64,000 bases of DNA from assembly GCA_001244265.2 (NCBI GenBank), contig CDLV01000006.1:1860001-1924000 (forward strand). Reading direction: 5' to 3'. The notes under the pieces are model-generated. The model was given only the letters and a program-made list of their open reading frames with translations, did not search any database and had not been told where the DNA came from. The DNA is from Microbotryum violaceum (taxonomy: Eukaryota). This document shows, in pieces, positions 25,517 to 39,188 of this stretch (the stretch's first letter is position 1; every line of letters begins with the position of its first letter). Position numbers and translations under genes: made by a program.

Positions 25517-26181
25517 ATGTCCTCACACCAGGTGCACCAACCCCAAGCGCTCCGTCCCGCCACTCCCACCGGCGCGCACTTGGTCCGACCGAGCTCCAAG
25601 CCCAATTCGAGGCCCGGCACACCTTCAAGACGTGCTGGTACGCCTTCGAGGGTTGTCGTGTGAGTTCTTTCGTGGGTCGATTGAGATCGCTTGTGTTTCG
25701 GGGCACGTGGTGGCGCCGGGGCTTTCTGAGGCGGGTGACGTGGGAGGCGGGGGGGAAAGGGATGGCGCGGGCTGATGACGATGGTTCCAAGTGGGGTCCC
25801 ACCTGGTCTTCGCTCTGTCGATGGTCGGCTGACTCGGGATAGGCTGGTCGCTGATGAAGCCACAACGCGGCCCCAGCTTCATTCGACTGACCTCATTGGT
25901 TGGTTCGAATCCACAGTAACATGGCCGACGAATTCATGAAACGTCAGTACTGCCCGCTGGTCCCTGTGGACGAGTGTGCCTCGAAGCGGTGGTCACCCGA
26001 GCTCACCGCGACGACAAGATCCGATCCGTCATCCGAGCAGATCCTCCCAACAATCTCAACCTCGCCGATCCAAGGGAACAAGATCGAGCATCGGATCTCA
26101 TCGGGGCTCGCAACACCGAACCTGTGGGTTTCGAGGGTCAAGTGCGCCATCGTGCACCCGCCGAAGGAAAGTCCTGACTAA
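25517..26181 (+). CDS. Small hypothetical protein (about 137 aa, 2 exons)
   Basis: ATG after a pyrimidine-rich leader. Intron GTGAGT(25659)...CACAG(25916) joins MSSHQVHQPQALRP...PSRVV to NMADEFMKRQYCPL...ESPD in frame. Confidence 0.5.
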
Positions 26182-26734
26182 GAGTACCTCCTCTTCGTCC
26201 ACGCCGAACTTAGGTGAACAACGATCCGCCAAGCGAGGAGGAGATGAGACGCGTCCAAGAGATGGCAAACAGGCTCAACAAGTAATGATTGAACGCCGTA
26301 ATCGGAGGTGTACACGATTCACCCTTCGGTTCTCCAAGGTCCATGTTCCTCACTGCCGCATCAACCAAGTTCTCCAGATCGGTCAAACTCTCGTGTTTGA
26401 TCTTGCGCATTCTGCCCATCTCGCCATCTCACTCTCTATGATCAGTGTGTTTCGCAACGTAAGAAAACCCTTTCGACGTATTTGCAATACGAAACTCTAC
26501 TGCACAAGTGAAAGAACCCCGCCAGACAAGAACCGCAGAAGAAAATTAACGATGTTCGTAGAGAGGGGCGTCGAAGAAGGTTAAAGGCTAGATTCTTAAC
26601 CGAAAGAAAAGAGAAAGGGGTCGACTCTATAACCGAAAAACAGACACACGAGAACGCACACTATTCCGGGAAACTGAGCAAGAAACGCAAGAACCAAGCG
26701 GGATGTCCGTCGTAAAGGACGAGAGGAGGGCAAA

Positions 26735-28140
26735 TCAACTACAAGTGGCCGTTATGAGACCGAGGGTTGTATTTGAACATTTGAAGCGCGGGTCTAGGGA
26801 ATGAAAAAAGAAATGTGCGAAAGGGAGGCGAGAGGTGTCCGGAATGCGAGAAACACAACGACGATGATGCGACGAGTCGCAACAAAGTGCGCGGCTCGAA
26901 TCGTTGCGGCGAGGTTGAATGCGCCGAAGACAGGAAAGGGTAGCCTTCGCGCTCACCATACGCACAGATCGCCATCCTGGTCCTCGGCTTCCTTGAGCAA
27001 TTTTTTGTGCGCTTTCGATAACTCGAACTCTTGTTGAAGCATTCTGAGGGAGGAGAACGGTGAACCGAGGTCAGTCTCCACCGTCAGATCCTGTGTTCGA
27101 TCTACTCACGTGAGTAGTACGAGTTCGACGAATCCAATGACCTGGGTCGAAATGACTATCCGTGTGCACCTGGGTTGCCGAATAATGTGGTGGATGTCAA
27201 GGTCAGTGTCCGCAGCTCGGGAGTTCTACTCGGTTGATTACAGAGCCGAGCTGGACTTACCCGTTCCCAACATCGGTTGCACTGACGACCGCAGAATGTG
27301 TCTTATTTTGCGTGAGCTATAAACGATCAAAGAAGCGGAGAACAGGACGTGTCAGTTTCAACGTTCAATTCCTCGATCCCATCGGCGTCGATCAGACTAA
27401 CTCTCAGGCTGCCATCCTCGCCCGTCAACCAAGAGTATTTGAGGCCATCCGGCGCTTTCCATGATCTTGTTCTGCATCAGCCGGTGAATAAACAGTCAAT
27501 TAGAGACTCTAGGCCAGTAAATAATTTCGTGACGAATCACGAGATCAGATGCACGTGCTCACTTGTTGGAGAAGAAACCCGACTTGTACAACTTCTGCGA
27601 TGACACGGTGATGTCCCTGAACTCGAGATCCTCTTCCGAACATTGTCCGATCTGGAATCAAAGCAGTCATACGACGTTTTACCGGAGGATCAGCTTACAC
27701 GATGAAAGGAACCGGGTCCGTGCACGGCGTCCAGGTTGATCTGTCGATGCTCGGCGATTCGAACTTAGGAGCACGCGCATTTCTCGTAGCGCCGATGACG
27801 GCAGCCCCTTGTATGCAGTGCTCGGTGTAACGCAAATGACCAGAAACGATCGCGGCGGCACACCGGAATCAAAGCTCACCTTTTCTCGACCCATGAACAA
27901 GGCGGCCTCGTAAACGGTTGTACGGTGCTGGGTGAAGTAGATCGCTCGTCCTGTCTGTTCGTCGACGAGCTTGGCGTGGACGCGGCGCGCGTGCGGGACC
28001 TCGAACGGCTCGCGTAACAGGACCATGCCGATGTTGCGGATCCCGTACGACGCAAAGGGGACCGATGGTCGGGAGGATGACGAGTGCATCGACGCCATCG
28101 ACGAGGGGAGACTGGATGACGATCCCGAGGAGGACGCCAT
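26735..28140 (-). CDS. Hypothetical multi-exon protein; 3' end uncertain
   Basis: First exon MASSSGSSSS...LVDEQTGRAIYFTQHRTTVYEAALFMGREK ends at a GTGAGC donor; further splice-like signals downstream; no family recognised. Confidence 0.45.
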
Positions 28141-29510
28141 GGGTGGAGTCCCTTTTCCGGATTCGATCAGGGGCAGGCCTCCGAGGAGACGGTTTGGACG
28201 CGTGTAAGGGGCGGCGAGGGCTAGGGCTTTGTTTTGGGGAGAGCGACGACGCGCGCGCGCGTGAAGAGCACGAGACGACGGTCGGGAGACTGAGAGTGTA
28301 GATCGCAAAGTCGGCACGGGTTCGCAGTCGCTGGGACTCGAGTCGACGGGTCGATTGATCAGAGGGCGGGCGCAACGGGACCAGAGAAGCAAAGGACAAG
28401 CGGTCGTTAGATCAACGAGATTCGAATAGCTGCGTGTAGGGGTATGATGGGAGAAGCTAGAGAGATATCACCGTCAAAGTCGCAGGCCGGTCGGTAGGAG
28501 GGGCCCTGAGAGGCCCCCGCAAAAACCCGCAAGCGCCAAACTTGAAATAGCTCCGAGCTGGGTCGAGTACAGCATGCACAGCAGCCTCGCACGGGCCATA
28601 CGACCGGAGTACCGCTGATCGATGGTTCATCTTGGCTTACTCACATCTCCGACGACTGGGTCGATCGCATCTTCCTCCCGATGACGATTACTTGACTTGA
28701 TGGTGAGCACTACTGCAAAATGGTCACCGATGGCGCTCCCGCCCGCGAGAGTAGTGGCCCGGGGACAGACCTAAAACAAGTTGATCGTGCTAGGTACCGT
28801 ACAGGAGGGCTGATGTTCCCGTTGATTCCTCGGGACTGGGGAGGTTTGGGGAGTTGGCGACCGCTCCTCGGAACTTGAAACTTGGGTGATCTGCTTCTCA
28901 CGCCTTGACCTCCTGTTCTTCGATCACTGCACTACTTCACTAGAGTCCCAAAAATAGACGGGTTCAGGTTTTGCCCCAACCTCAGCACGTTTCTTGGGGT
29001 GCTGTGTAAATTGTGTTCAACGAGACTCGACATGCCTGGGGTTCGATCAACCTGGCAGCTTTCGAGGTGGGCGCGTCGGCGGCGGTGCCAACCGCCAAGG
29101 ATTTCCTTCATGCCGATCCTTCGACGCAGTTTATTTTTAGTTTCAGCGCATCACCAGTGGTTTACTTCGCTGTTGCAGACGTGCAGTGAGAAGCGACTGA
29201 GCATCACCAACAAAGGAGTCCCGATGTTCCTTATTCGGGGGTTCAGATCCGTCGTGGGGTGAACAGGAGTCACTTTTGAAAGCTCTCCGGCATGCGCTCG
29301 GACCTCTCCTCCTCGATCGTTCGTTTTCAAGACCATATGCATCCATTTGCGACGTGATCTGCATTGCGACTCGAGGTCTAGTTACAAAAAAAAAGAAAAA
29401 GAGCCAGTATATCGCGAGAACGAACGAAAGACTTAGCATGTTGGAATTGGGAAGAGGAAGACCGATACTGCTACAGATAGATGATCCTGGCGCGCCAAAA
29501 CAAAACCGGT

Positions 29511-32377
29511 TCAGAGCAGCTTCTCGGACCCAGCCTCGATACCCTTGGGTTCAGGAACGGGAACACCGTGCCCGCCTTCGATACCACCTCCCAATGGCCC
29601 GTCACCGGATGGCTTGTCGGCGAGAGCTCCACCTGATGGCGGTACACCGCCCATGGCCTCGTCGTAAGGATCGGCCTTCTCAAACGGCCGCCTGCCGAGC
29701 AGATTAATCATGTCATCCCTGCACATTGTTCATTCGCAGAGGCTTTCGTCAGCACAGAAAAACCTTCAAGCGAGACTAATCGACAAATGACTCACCTCGA
29801 CAGCACCTCCTTTCGCAACAACAGCTGAGCAACCTGCTCGACCTGCTCCCTCTTCTCCGTCAAGAGGTCCGTTGTGCGCTTGTGCGCGTCGTTGACCATC
29901 TTGCGCACCTCGTCATCAAGGAGCTGCGCCGTCTTTTCTGAGAAAGGCTTCTGGAACGAGTCGTTGTCCTGGCGGTACGACAAGGGGCCGACAGCCAAGT
30001 TCATGCCGTAGTTGGCGCACACCTCGAAGGCCATGCGGGTGATCTTTTGCAGATCGTCTTGCGCGCCCGTGGTGATGCGACCAAAGAAGATCTCCTCGGA
30101 CACCCGACCTCCCAAAGTCATACACATGCGGTCCATCAATTGCCCTGTCGTGTAGAGGTATCGCTCCTTGGGCAAGTACTGGGCGTAACCGAGAGCGCCA
30201 ACACCTCGGGGAACAATGGAGACCTGCCAAAGAGAAGGACGGGAGGTCAGCCACTGAAATCGAGATACTTTCAATGACCTCGCTCGGCGTTTGAACTGAC
30301 CTTAAGCAACGGATCGGCGTACTCCAAGAACCATCCGCAAACGGCGTGACCAGCCTCGTGGTAAGCGACCGTCTCCTTCTCCTCCGGACTGAGCACCCTC
30401 GACTTGCGTTCCATGCCGGCAATGACTCGCTCGATCGCCATCTCAAAGTGCTGCTCGGTCACAAAGTCGGCGCCGAGTCGGGCCGCGACGAGCGCGGCTT
30501 CGTTGCACACATTGGCGATGTCGGCACCCGAGAAGCCAGGGGTGAGAGCGGCGAGCTTGCGAGCGAGTCGTGATGGGGCCGTGTTGTCATCGGCGTCGTC
30601 CTTGAAGGTGTACATTGACTGGAAGTTGGAGCCCTCCTTCGTCGGCTTCGCGTTCGGGTTCGAGGCCGCGCTGCTAGTGGGAGAGGCCTTCTTGGTCGCG
30701 GAGGTGGAAGACTTTTTGGGCGATTGAGACGGTGTACCAGAAGGGGTCGGGGCGGCTGAAGCGAGGTCAATCGAGGTCGAGTGCGACCACTGGATGTTGG
30801 AGCCCAAAGCGGTCAAGATCGGGCTGGGGGAGTTGCCCGACGAGTGCTCAATGTGACCCTCCTCGAGTGGCGAGGTGTCCTGCGCCTCCTTGCCCTCTGC
30901 AGGCGTCTCAAGCACGAGATTCTTGAGGTGGACCTTGAAAATCTGTCGTCGACCCGAAACGTCGGGGTTCGAGACGGCGATGTGTCGATCGAAGCGACCG
31001 GGACGCATCAAAGCGGGGTCGAGCACATCCGATCGATTGGTACCGGCGAGCATGACGATGTGGTCCTTGGTGCCGAAACCATCCATCTCGACGAGCAGCT
31101 GGTTCAATGTCGACTCGCGCTCGTCGTTGCCACCAAACTGTCCGCCCTTGCCACGACTCTTGCCGATGGCGTCGATTTCGTCGATGAAGATGATGCACGG
31201 CGCGTTCTTCTTGGCGGTCGCAAACAAGTCGCGCACTCGAGAGGGACCGACACCGACGAACATCTCGACAAACTCGGATCCCGAGACAGACAAAAAGGGC
31301 ACGCCGGCCTCACCGGCGGTCGCCTTGGCGAGCAAGGTTTTACCCGTTCCCGGAGGACCAGAAAGCATCGCACCGCGAGGGATCTTGGCACCGAGCCGTT
31401 CGTACTTTGCGGGCTCCTTGAGGAACTTGACAAACTCCATGATCTCTTCCTTGGCCTCGTCCATGCCGGCAACGTCGTTGAACTTGACCTTGAGGTCGGT
31501 CTCGGGGTTGAACATCTTGGCCTTGCTCTTGCCGACGCCAAAGATGCCACCCGGTCCACCACCTCCGCCACCTCCCATTGCGGACATGCCTCCCGCAGCT
31601 CGCTTCGAGATCCAGAAGAGTAGACCGGCGAGGATGAGCGTTGGAGCAAAGTGCAGCACGGTCTGGCCGAGCGGTGTCTCCTCGTGGTAGGCGACGGGGA
31701 CGCGCTCGCTCAAGGGAATGCCGAGTTCGTTCTGCGCCTCGTCGAGCTTGCGTTCGAATGCCTCGACACTACCGATCGAAAAGTAGTAGCTGCCTGCCGA
31801 GGATGCCGGTGCGCCGGCGCCAGAGCCGCTCGAGGGCAGCATGGTGCCGGTCGCGTTCGAGTGCAGGTTGACGCGCACCTTGGCTCGGTTGATGACGGTG
31901 AGTTTGTCAACAAGTCCCTTGGAGAGGAAGGCCGAGTTGAACTCTTGCCAGGTGATCTCGCGGCTGGCCGGGTCGTAGGACGAGGTGAGGCGGTAGATGA
32001 GGTAAAAAGCCAAGGTGGTGGCGAGGATGCCGGTCGATGACGGATTGCCCGGGGGTGTGGGGTCGCCGTTGTTCTTGTTGTTGTTGTTACCGTTACCGCC
32101 TGGCCCACGGGTCTTGGGTGTGACCTTGCTGAGAAAGTCCTTGAGCGGGTCCTTGGGTGCGGCCGGGATCGCGGTGCCGCCCGCGGCAGCATCCTTGGTC
32201 CGCTTACCGAGCATACCACCGAAGAAATCCTCGAGTCCAACTGGGGCATCCTGGGAAGGCTTCGGTGGTGGCGGATTAGAGGGCGAGGTATTGTCGTGCT
32301 GGTGCTGACTCTGAGGCGCGGAGGACCGGCGATCGGGTGAGGAGGGGGAGGATGACGACGCCGAAACCGGAGGGGAC

Positions 32378-32409
<32 letters not shown>

Positions 32410-32727
32410 CGACGAATTCGCGGCCGACGAACCCGTGGGGGCAGGTCGTGTCGATGAGCTGCCAGTCGGCTTGGCAGCGAGTACCGATGGGTACAGTGTG
32501 GAGCTCTGTCTCAAGCTGAGGCCGGAGAAGGATCGGGCCGACGCTGGAGCGAATGCAGCCCGCGATGGTGAAGCGCGTAATGTGCGCCTATACGGGTAGG
32601 CCGATGATCGCCAACCCGACGGGCTCGACGCTGCAAAGGACGACACGGGGATGGTGGGGTGGGTTGAAGCAGCCACCAGAGAGGATGTGCTCGAGCTCGT
32701 AGCTCTTCGTGCGGCCCGGGGCAACAT
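29511..32727 (-). CDS. AFG3: Mitochondrial m-AAA protease subunit (Afg3/Yta12/AFG3L2-like FtsH protease)
   Basis: Arg/Ser-rich presequence, two TM segments, Walker A GPPGTGKT, Walker [12 protein letters not shown] region [15 protein letters not shown] zinc motif, ITTGAQDDL; 2 introns near the 3' end. Confidence 0.95.
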
Positions 32728-33005
32728 CGTGGGCGACAGGAACGCGGTCGATCGGGAAGGGTCACCAGGGGCCGTTAGTGGAGGGAGAGTTGTCAAGAGC
32801 AGCTGGGCCACCGCAACGCTGCTCGCCCGTGCATCGCGCATCCTCAAAAGGCTCATTAAGAAATCCTTGCCGGCACAAAGCCCATGAGTGTTATAATGAA
32901 GCTTTAGCGCCAGCGCGCGAGAGGCGCCTGGCAACCCGTCGTCATCTCACCGTCTACATACACTCCTTTCGCCAGACACTCGCCTTACTAGAATTCGCCG
33001 CAAAT

Positions 33006-34537
33006 ATGGTGAGCGCACACACTCGATTCTCGATCCCTCAAAGTGAACCCATGTCACTGACCCGACGCCATGCCCGACTCGCCGACAGGGAGAGTCGCGT
33101 ACGGAACTGATCGCCTGGCTCAACGACCTGCTGCAAATCCAATACACCAAAGTCGAACAATGCGGCAAGTCTTTTTGATCAGATCAGGCTTCAATCGACG
33201 GGACAGTCTTCCCTCCGTGCTTTGTGTTTGCGAGTACAAAGCCCTCGTACAGCCAGCTGCTTGCTGACGATGATGTGTTCGTTCTTCACTCATCCCCGTC
33301 TCGCGTCATTTCGCGCTCGCTCGGCTCCCTGGATCTCCACAGGCACCGGAGCGGCGTATTGCCAGGTCATCGACAGCATTTTCGGCGATGTGCCCATGAA
33401 GAAGGTCAAGATGAGCTCGAGGTCAGTCTCGCTTCGACCCACAGCACGCCGTGGACGACGCGTAGAGCGGCGACTGAAACTACGTTCCGGACCGTTTCGC
33501 AGAGGTGAACACGAACATGTTCTGAACTACAAGGTCCTACAAAACTCATTCAAATCCCACAACATCGACAAGGTGCGTCTTACTTCACCGTCCTGCGCAT
33601 CGTCCGCGCTCTTCCAGCTCGTCCTTTAGTTTCGCTCAACCCCCTGTCTTCGACGACGGCCCCATAACCCCAAAATCTAGCCTATCCCCGTCGACCGCTT
33701 GATCAAATGCAAGATGCAAGACAACCTCGAGTTCTTGCAATGGCTCAAAAAGTTCTGGGACCAAAGCTTCCCCGGCGGCGAATACGATCCGATCGGGAGG
33801 CGACAAGGTTTGGGCATCGAGCCGCCGCCCATGCTTGGAGGTGGGTCCACTTCAGCAGGTGCGTCAAAAGCTGAGCTTCGGTAAGAAGAAACGAAGGGAA
33901 GGGTCGGAATTTCTCAATGTGGGAACTTTCATGTACAGCCCGTGGGAGAACGCCCGTGAACGCGCCTGCTCCGGCACCTGTGAGGAGGGCAGGGACTTCG
34001 TCGGGCCCTACAGGCGCGGCGAGACGACCCGTCGGAGTAGCATCCGCAGGTGAGTCGCACAACCGGGTCGACACCTTCCCTCCCTGAGTGTCCGACGAAC
34101 GATTTGTCCTTGCAACGACTCCACACAGGGCGGCCAGCATCGACAACATCCTCGGCTCGATCCGGCCCCAGCGCGACCGAGATCGCGGCGTTGAACGCAC
34201 AGATGGAGGACATGAAAATCACCGTCGACTCGATGGAGAAGGAGCGATCGTTTTACTACGAAAAGTTGAGGTCGATAGAGATCCTCATCGGGGCGCGTCT
34301 GGAGTCGGAGGACGAGACCATCACTGAAAGCGAGATGGAGACCTTGAAGGCGATCGAGACCGTCTTGTATTCGACAGAGGTACGTTGCACCGACCTGGGA
34401 ACCATACGAATTGAGGGATGATTGATTTGATTTTTATTACGTTTGTGTGTAACGTACAGGAGGGTTTTGAGGTGCCGGAGGACGAAGGAGAAGAGTTGGT
34501 CGAAGGGGTCGAAGGCGATGAAGAGGAGACATTCTAG
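33006..34537 (+). CDS. BIM1: Microtubule plus-end tracking protein EB1/Bim1/Mal3
   Basis: M|GESRTELIAWLNDLL..KVEQCGTGAAYCQ, KCKMQDNLEFLQWLKKFW, EKERSFYYEKLRSIE, C-terminal EETF. First coding exon is the ATG alone; one GC-AG intron. Confidence 0.97.
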
Positions 34538-34721
34538 ACGTCTTCCCGTTCCATCCCGTTCCATCCACCACCTATATCTTCCATTGCTTTGGTCTTTTAT
34601 CTTTCACCGTTCGCATCCCCACCCATTTCATTGCTGCTTTGTATAATTCAGTCATCTATCAAAGCGCAGAAACATCGATAACAGTCGCGATGAGGCCGAG
34701 AGACATGATTGAAGTTGCAAC

Positions 34722-36720
34722 TCAATGTTCGCTGATCTCAACTTCGATGGCATCCTTTGCTTTCGACACCTCCTCAGCCGCTGGCTTCTCAGGAGAAATT
34801 TGATCATCCTCTTTACGGCCCCGTTCATCGAGCTGCCCCTCCAGGGGGAACTCAGTGTCCTCTTCGACCATCTGCTCGCCAACCCCATCTTCCACGACGC
34901 CCATCTGCACCTCCTCAATCCCACCCTGTTCCTCAATTTCCCCCCTCCTCATCTCCACCCCCTTCAACCATTTATTATCAGCTAAAAACTGCACGACCTG
35001 CAACACGTCCGAGACGAGGTGCTTCCAATCCCTTTCAGCGAGTTGGGCGAACGGGTCCGAGCGAGCAAAGGGGTTGTAGGGTGTGGAAGAGGCGGGGTGG
35101 GGTCGTTTGCGGGTGATTCTCGGAGGGGGTGGCGGTGCGGTGCCTTCGGGTGGGGTCTGAGGCGTGACGGTGGAGATAAGATGAGCAGTATTCAAGGCTC
35201 AAGAATATCGATCAAGGATGAGCTTACGGCATGCAAGAAAGTGCAGGCATCACCTGCTGCGCACCTCCCCTTCAGGAAATGCCGACACGGGATTCGAGGC
35301 ACGAATTCTCTCCGTGCCGCTTTCTCCTCTCCGTCCTTACCCTTCTTGGGCCCCGTGGTCGACATCTCCTCTGGAGGTCCATCATCGACCTCGTCACCGC
35401 TCGTTTCTTCGTCCGAGTTGCTCGTCGAGCCCGACGAATCACTGCCACTATCACTCGACGATGATCCCTCAGATCCATCCCTCTTGAGCCTCTTGGCGTC
35501 ATTCCGATCCTGCGCTCCCCTGACCCCACCTCGCCCCATCCCGTTCGGACCCCCCCTCCCCCTCCCTCGTTCAGCTCCTCTCCCTCTCCCTCTCCCCCCT
35601 CTGCCCCCCGCACCATATTCGTTCCGAGGTCGCTCCAATCCACCCTTGATGCGTTCGTCGCGTTGCTTTTCCTTTTCCTCAACGACTTTACTCGATGGCC
35701 AACGTTGCTTGCGCTGCTCGATCCACGCCGCGACGGCTTCCGGTGAGTCGAGCGAGAGGGAAGTTCCTTCGATCCTGGCCCTGTATGGGTAACAAAATGC
35801 AGCCACATTAGCTTGAGGTCAGATGCTGCCTTCCCCCCCCCCCCCCCCCCCGCTCTGTAGACTAACCCAGATTGATATGTCCCTTTCCACGGCTTGGGTT
35901 CCCTCCCCTTTTCAAACATGAGATGGCGATCTTCTTCGTGTTCGCGCGTGACCTTACGAGTGTTGGATTTGAAGGAACAACCTTCCAGTCCACATGGGTA
36001 GGAGGATTGAGCTGAAGGATGGGACGGAGCGAGTGGGCGAGTTGGGGCTGGTCGAGGGGGTGGTGGTCCCGCTCCGTTTGATGCTCGGGATGAAGAATTT
36101 GCTGGTGGTCTTGGGTTGGGGTGCGGGATGAAATGACTCGATGTCGGAGGTCGCTGAATGGGTTTCGAGGTCGAAGAAAGAGGGGTAGGTGCTTGATACG
36201 TCGACGAAATAGTGTAACCGTCATTCGTTGTCCTCGGCCGAGGGCCTTGAGCAGAACGACCCGAGTAATTCGCAGGCTGGTTTGAAGGAGGCGGTGGGGG
36301 CTGTTGGTGGTACCATTGCGGGTTCATGGGTAGAGGATGATGATTCGGATGTATTGGAGGTGCAGGCAAAGATCCGTAGTGGGCCTGTGGAGCATATCCG
36401 TATGGAGCTTGCGGATGTGGTGGGTAATGAGAGGCCATAGGAAGGCCAGCCGGGTAAGGCATCCCCATCATTCCCATTGGCATAGGTACTGGCACGGCCA
36501 TCGGAATTGGGATGGGCATCGACGGTTGTGAAGGAAGTTCAAGTGGGGTTGTTCGATATCCCATGCCACCCAATGCGCCGTGTATCGCATGGCTCAACGG
36601 CGAGACGGCGAACCCGGGTCGAGCAGCGTTAGAACCCGTGTTCGTGTTGGCCTGGCGAGGTCGTTGGATCAGCGGTCGACTGGGGCCTGCCTGAGCCTTG
36701 TTGGGCCGTTGTTGAGACAT
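34722..36720 (-). CDS. NUFIP1/Rsa1-like snoRNP assembly factor with CCCH zinc finger
   Basis: C2H2-like CGLEGC...HEEDRH; SLDSPEAVAAWIEQRKQRWPS (NUFIP1-type motif); CRHFLKGRCAAGDACTFLH; LQVVQFLADNKWL; 2 introns. Confidence 0.85.
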
Positions 36721-37014
36721 TACGCTCTAGACCAGGGATGTGGTCCTCGTGGTGGAGGAAGCGGAGACCAAAGAGTTCAGGAGCTCTCGGGCGCTTGTGT
36801 GGTGCGAAGCTCGGTGGGAGATGACGACACGATGGTGATAGCTAATGATTGCTAATGCAGAATTCGAATTGAGCTTTAGAGCGAGCGCGATGACGTGAAG
36901 CGCGGGGCGGCTTGTTCCCTCTCCCCACACGCGCGATCAGATTCCAACTGCCAAGCTCAGCTTGCTCTCGAATTCTCCAGTCACCGTCATCCACCACGCG
37001 AGTGTATCCACAGC

Positions 37015-38625
37015 ATGTCATCGCTGGACCCATCCGAGACGAGTCGTTCGACACTCAGGCAACGAACAACGCACAGTACCGCACTCGATGAGGGTTCTAG
37101 GCTCGGACACGTCGACAACTCCGGCGTGGAGCTGTCCGCGGTTCAGCAGCCGCACCCTCTGTTCGATCGATCAAAACCATTCATGGTCAAGGGGAGACCA
37201 ACCACCAAAGTCGCCGAGACGGAGACTCACACCGCGACGCAGTGGGACATGTTGCAGCACATCCCAGCCGTCCCCCTCACGCCCGTCGCACCCGGTCCGG
37301 ATGATACCGCTCTGCTCGGTGGGGAACGCCGAACGCCGAACGAGGCCATCGGAGGCGCCAAGGTGGACAACGACCATGACCATGAACAGGGAGACGAGGA
37401 CAACAACTTTGTGCATGAGTACTTGACCGGTCGACGATCACCGACTACAAACCCCGATACCAACCTCGACTGCACCGCCGTCGACCCCACCGTTCCAACG
37501 CCGACACCGACCGAGACATCAACCTCGGACGAATCGAAGCCGAAGCCAATCGGCGAGGCCACCGCAGATCGTCCGTCTCAACCCACAACTCCGGTCGCCG
37601 AGGAGGAAAAAATCTGCCGCATCTGTTTTGACGGCGAAGATCCGGATCTGGGTCGTCTCTTCAGCCCCTGCAAGTGTCGTGGCACATCGAAACATGTACA
37701 CCTCTCGTGTCTCTCAACTTGGCGCGCTCGATCGGCCCGCACCTCGTGCGAACAATGCCAGTACCAGTACAAGTTTCGCCGCACCGCCATGGCCAGTGTT
37801 ATCTCTCATCGCGCGACCTTGATGTCCCTGACCGTCGTCATCTTCATCCTCCTTGTCTGGATCGCCGGCTATGGCGCCAACTTCATCATCCGCTCCGCAG
37901 AGAACCGTCGTTCCCAGCTCTCGGGTTCTTTGTTCGAAGACCTGTGGATTTCGGACCATGTCATCCTCGGTGAAGGTGTCAAAGAAGCCATCGATTTTTT
38001 CGGCAACAAGATTGAGACGACCAAATGGGCCAAAGAGGTCCTGCGCAAGCCTTTGGATCATGACGGCCAGGCGCCGCCACTGAGGGAGATAGGTATCTTG
38101 TCGGGAGCTGACGGCAAGGAGGCATACAGGGTATGGTTCGTCCACGCCATTCTTCACTTCTTCAAGGGGCTGTCCCTCGTCGGCCTCTTAAGCTCGTTTC
38201 ACACCTTTATCGGTAAGTCCGCGCCAACGCCTTGAGCCCCTGTCTTTATCGCGTCTTGCCCTGCCTGACCCGACTGTCACATCCTGCTCCCTCGCAGCCA
38301 CCTCATTCATCTCACCCGTGGGGCGCGGCTTGTTCCGTTTCCTCCGTCCCGCGGTAAGGCACAACAATACTCGCAATCGACCCGGGCAGAGAGACGGTAA
38401 CGGTAACCTGTCTCAAGTTGTCGTCGTCATCGTAAGTCTACTCCCGCATCACTAGCGCTCTCAAGAGGGGTGTCACCTCCGTATGTTCTTATTCTTATCT
38501 CGCCTCGTTCCACATAGTTCGTTCTCGTCGGCGCAGTCAAAGCAGTCGCTCACACGTATCAAACCGTTAAATGGGTTGCTAAGAAAGCCCTTACGAAGGT
38601 TGAAGACCTCGTTCTTGACATCTGA
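37015..38625 (+). CDS. RING-CH (RINGv/MARCH-like) membrane E3 ubiquitin ligase
   Basis: CRICF...LFSPCKCRGTSKHVHLSCLSTW...CEQC followed by TM segments; 2 introns; ends in VEDLVLDI. Confidence 0.9.
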
Positions 38626-39188
38626 ACACCAGCACGATCTTTCTCCGTTCTCCACTCCAGTATGTGTTGTATATCTTTTTGCACTTGTCTTTTTCTCTGG
38701 CTCCTCGTAACTTGCAAACCTCGGTTCGGATCTTCTAACGCATGTTGGGTTTTCGCAACTTTTCCTTTTCCGCAGAAAACGACAGGATAGTCCAATTGCG
38801 GTGCGATGCTACATCTATCCTATTTGCGATGGGTCGGAAAAAGAGATTCAGTAATAGGGTACAGACCACTTGCACGAATAATGCTGCGTACCTATCTTGA
38901 AGCCTTGCTGGACTTCCTCGAGGGGAGAAAAGGGTGCCGAGCGCATCAGAAAGCACCTAACGTATCCGATTTAGCATGCTGGGACGAAACGGGCTGGGCG
39001 AATGGGAGGTGCGGAGAGGCTCTGAGCGCTGCGGAGCGCAGGAAGTTGGGCGCCACATGTGCAAAGGCGCGCGCAGTCCTAGATTGTGAATAGTGGATTC
39101 CGATGACACCATTGCAACGAGCAAAACTCAAAATCGCAAGAAAAAGAAACGACGAAGGAACAGGTAAGAGAAAAAGAATTTGCTGCAT

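Noticed and set aside
25902-25912. GGTTCGAATCC, resembling a tRNA T-loop
   Set aside because: No cloverleaf around it; it lies at the 3' end of an intron.
26140-26155. CAIV (CaaX-like) motif suggesting a pheromone precursor
   Set aside because: Not at the C-terminus, and no repeated pheromone units.
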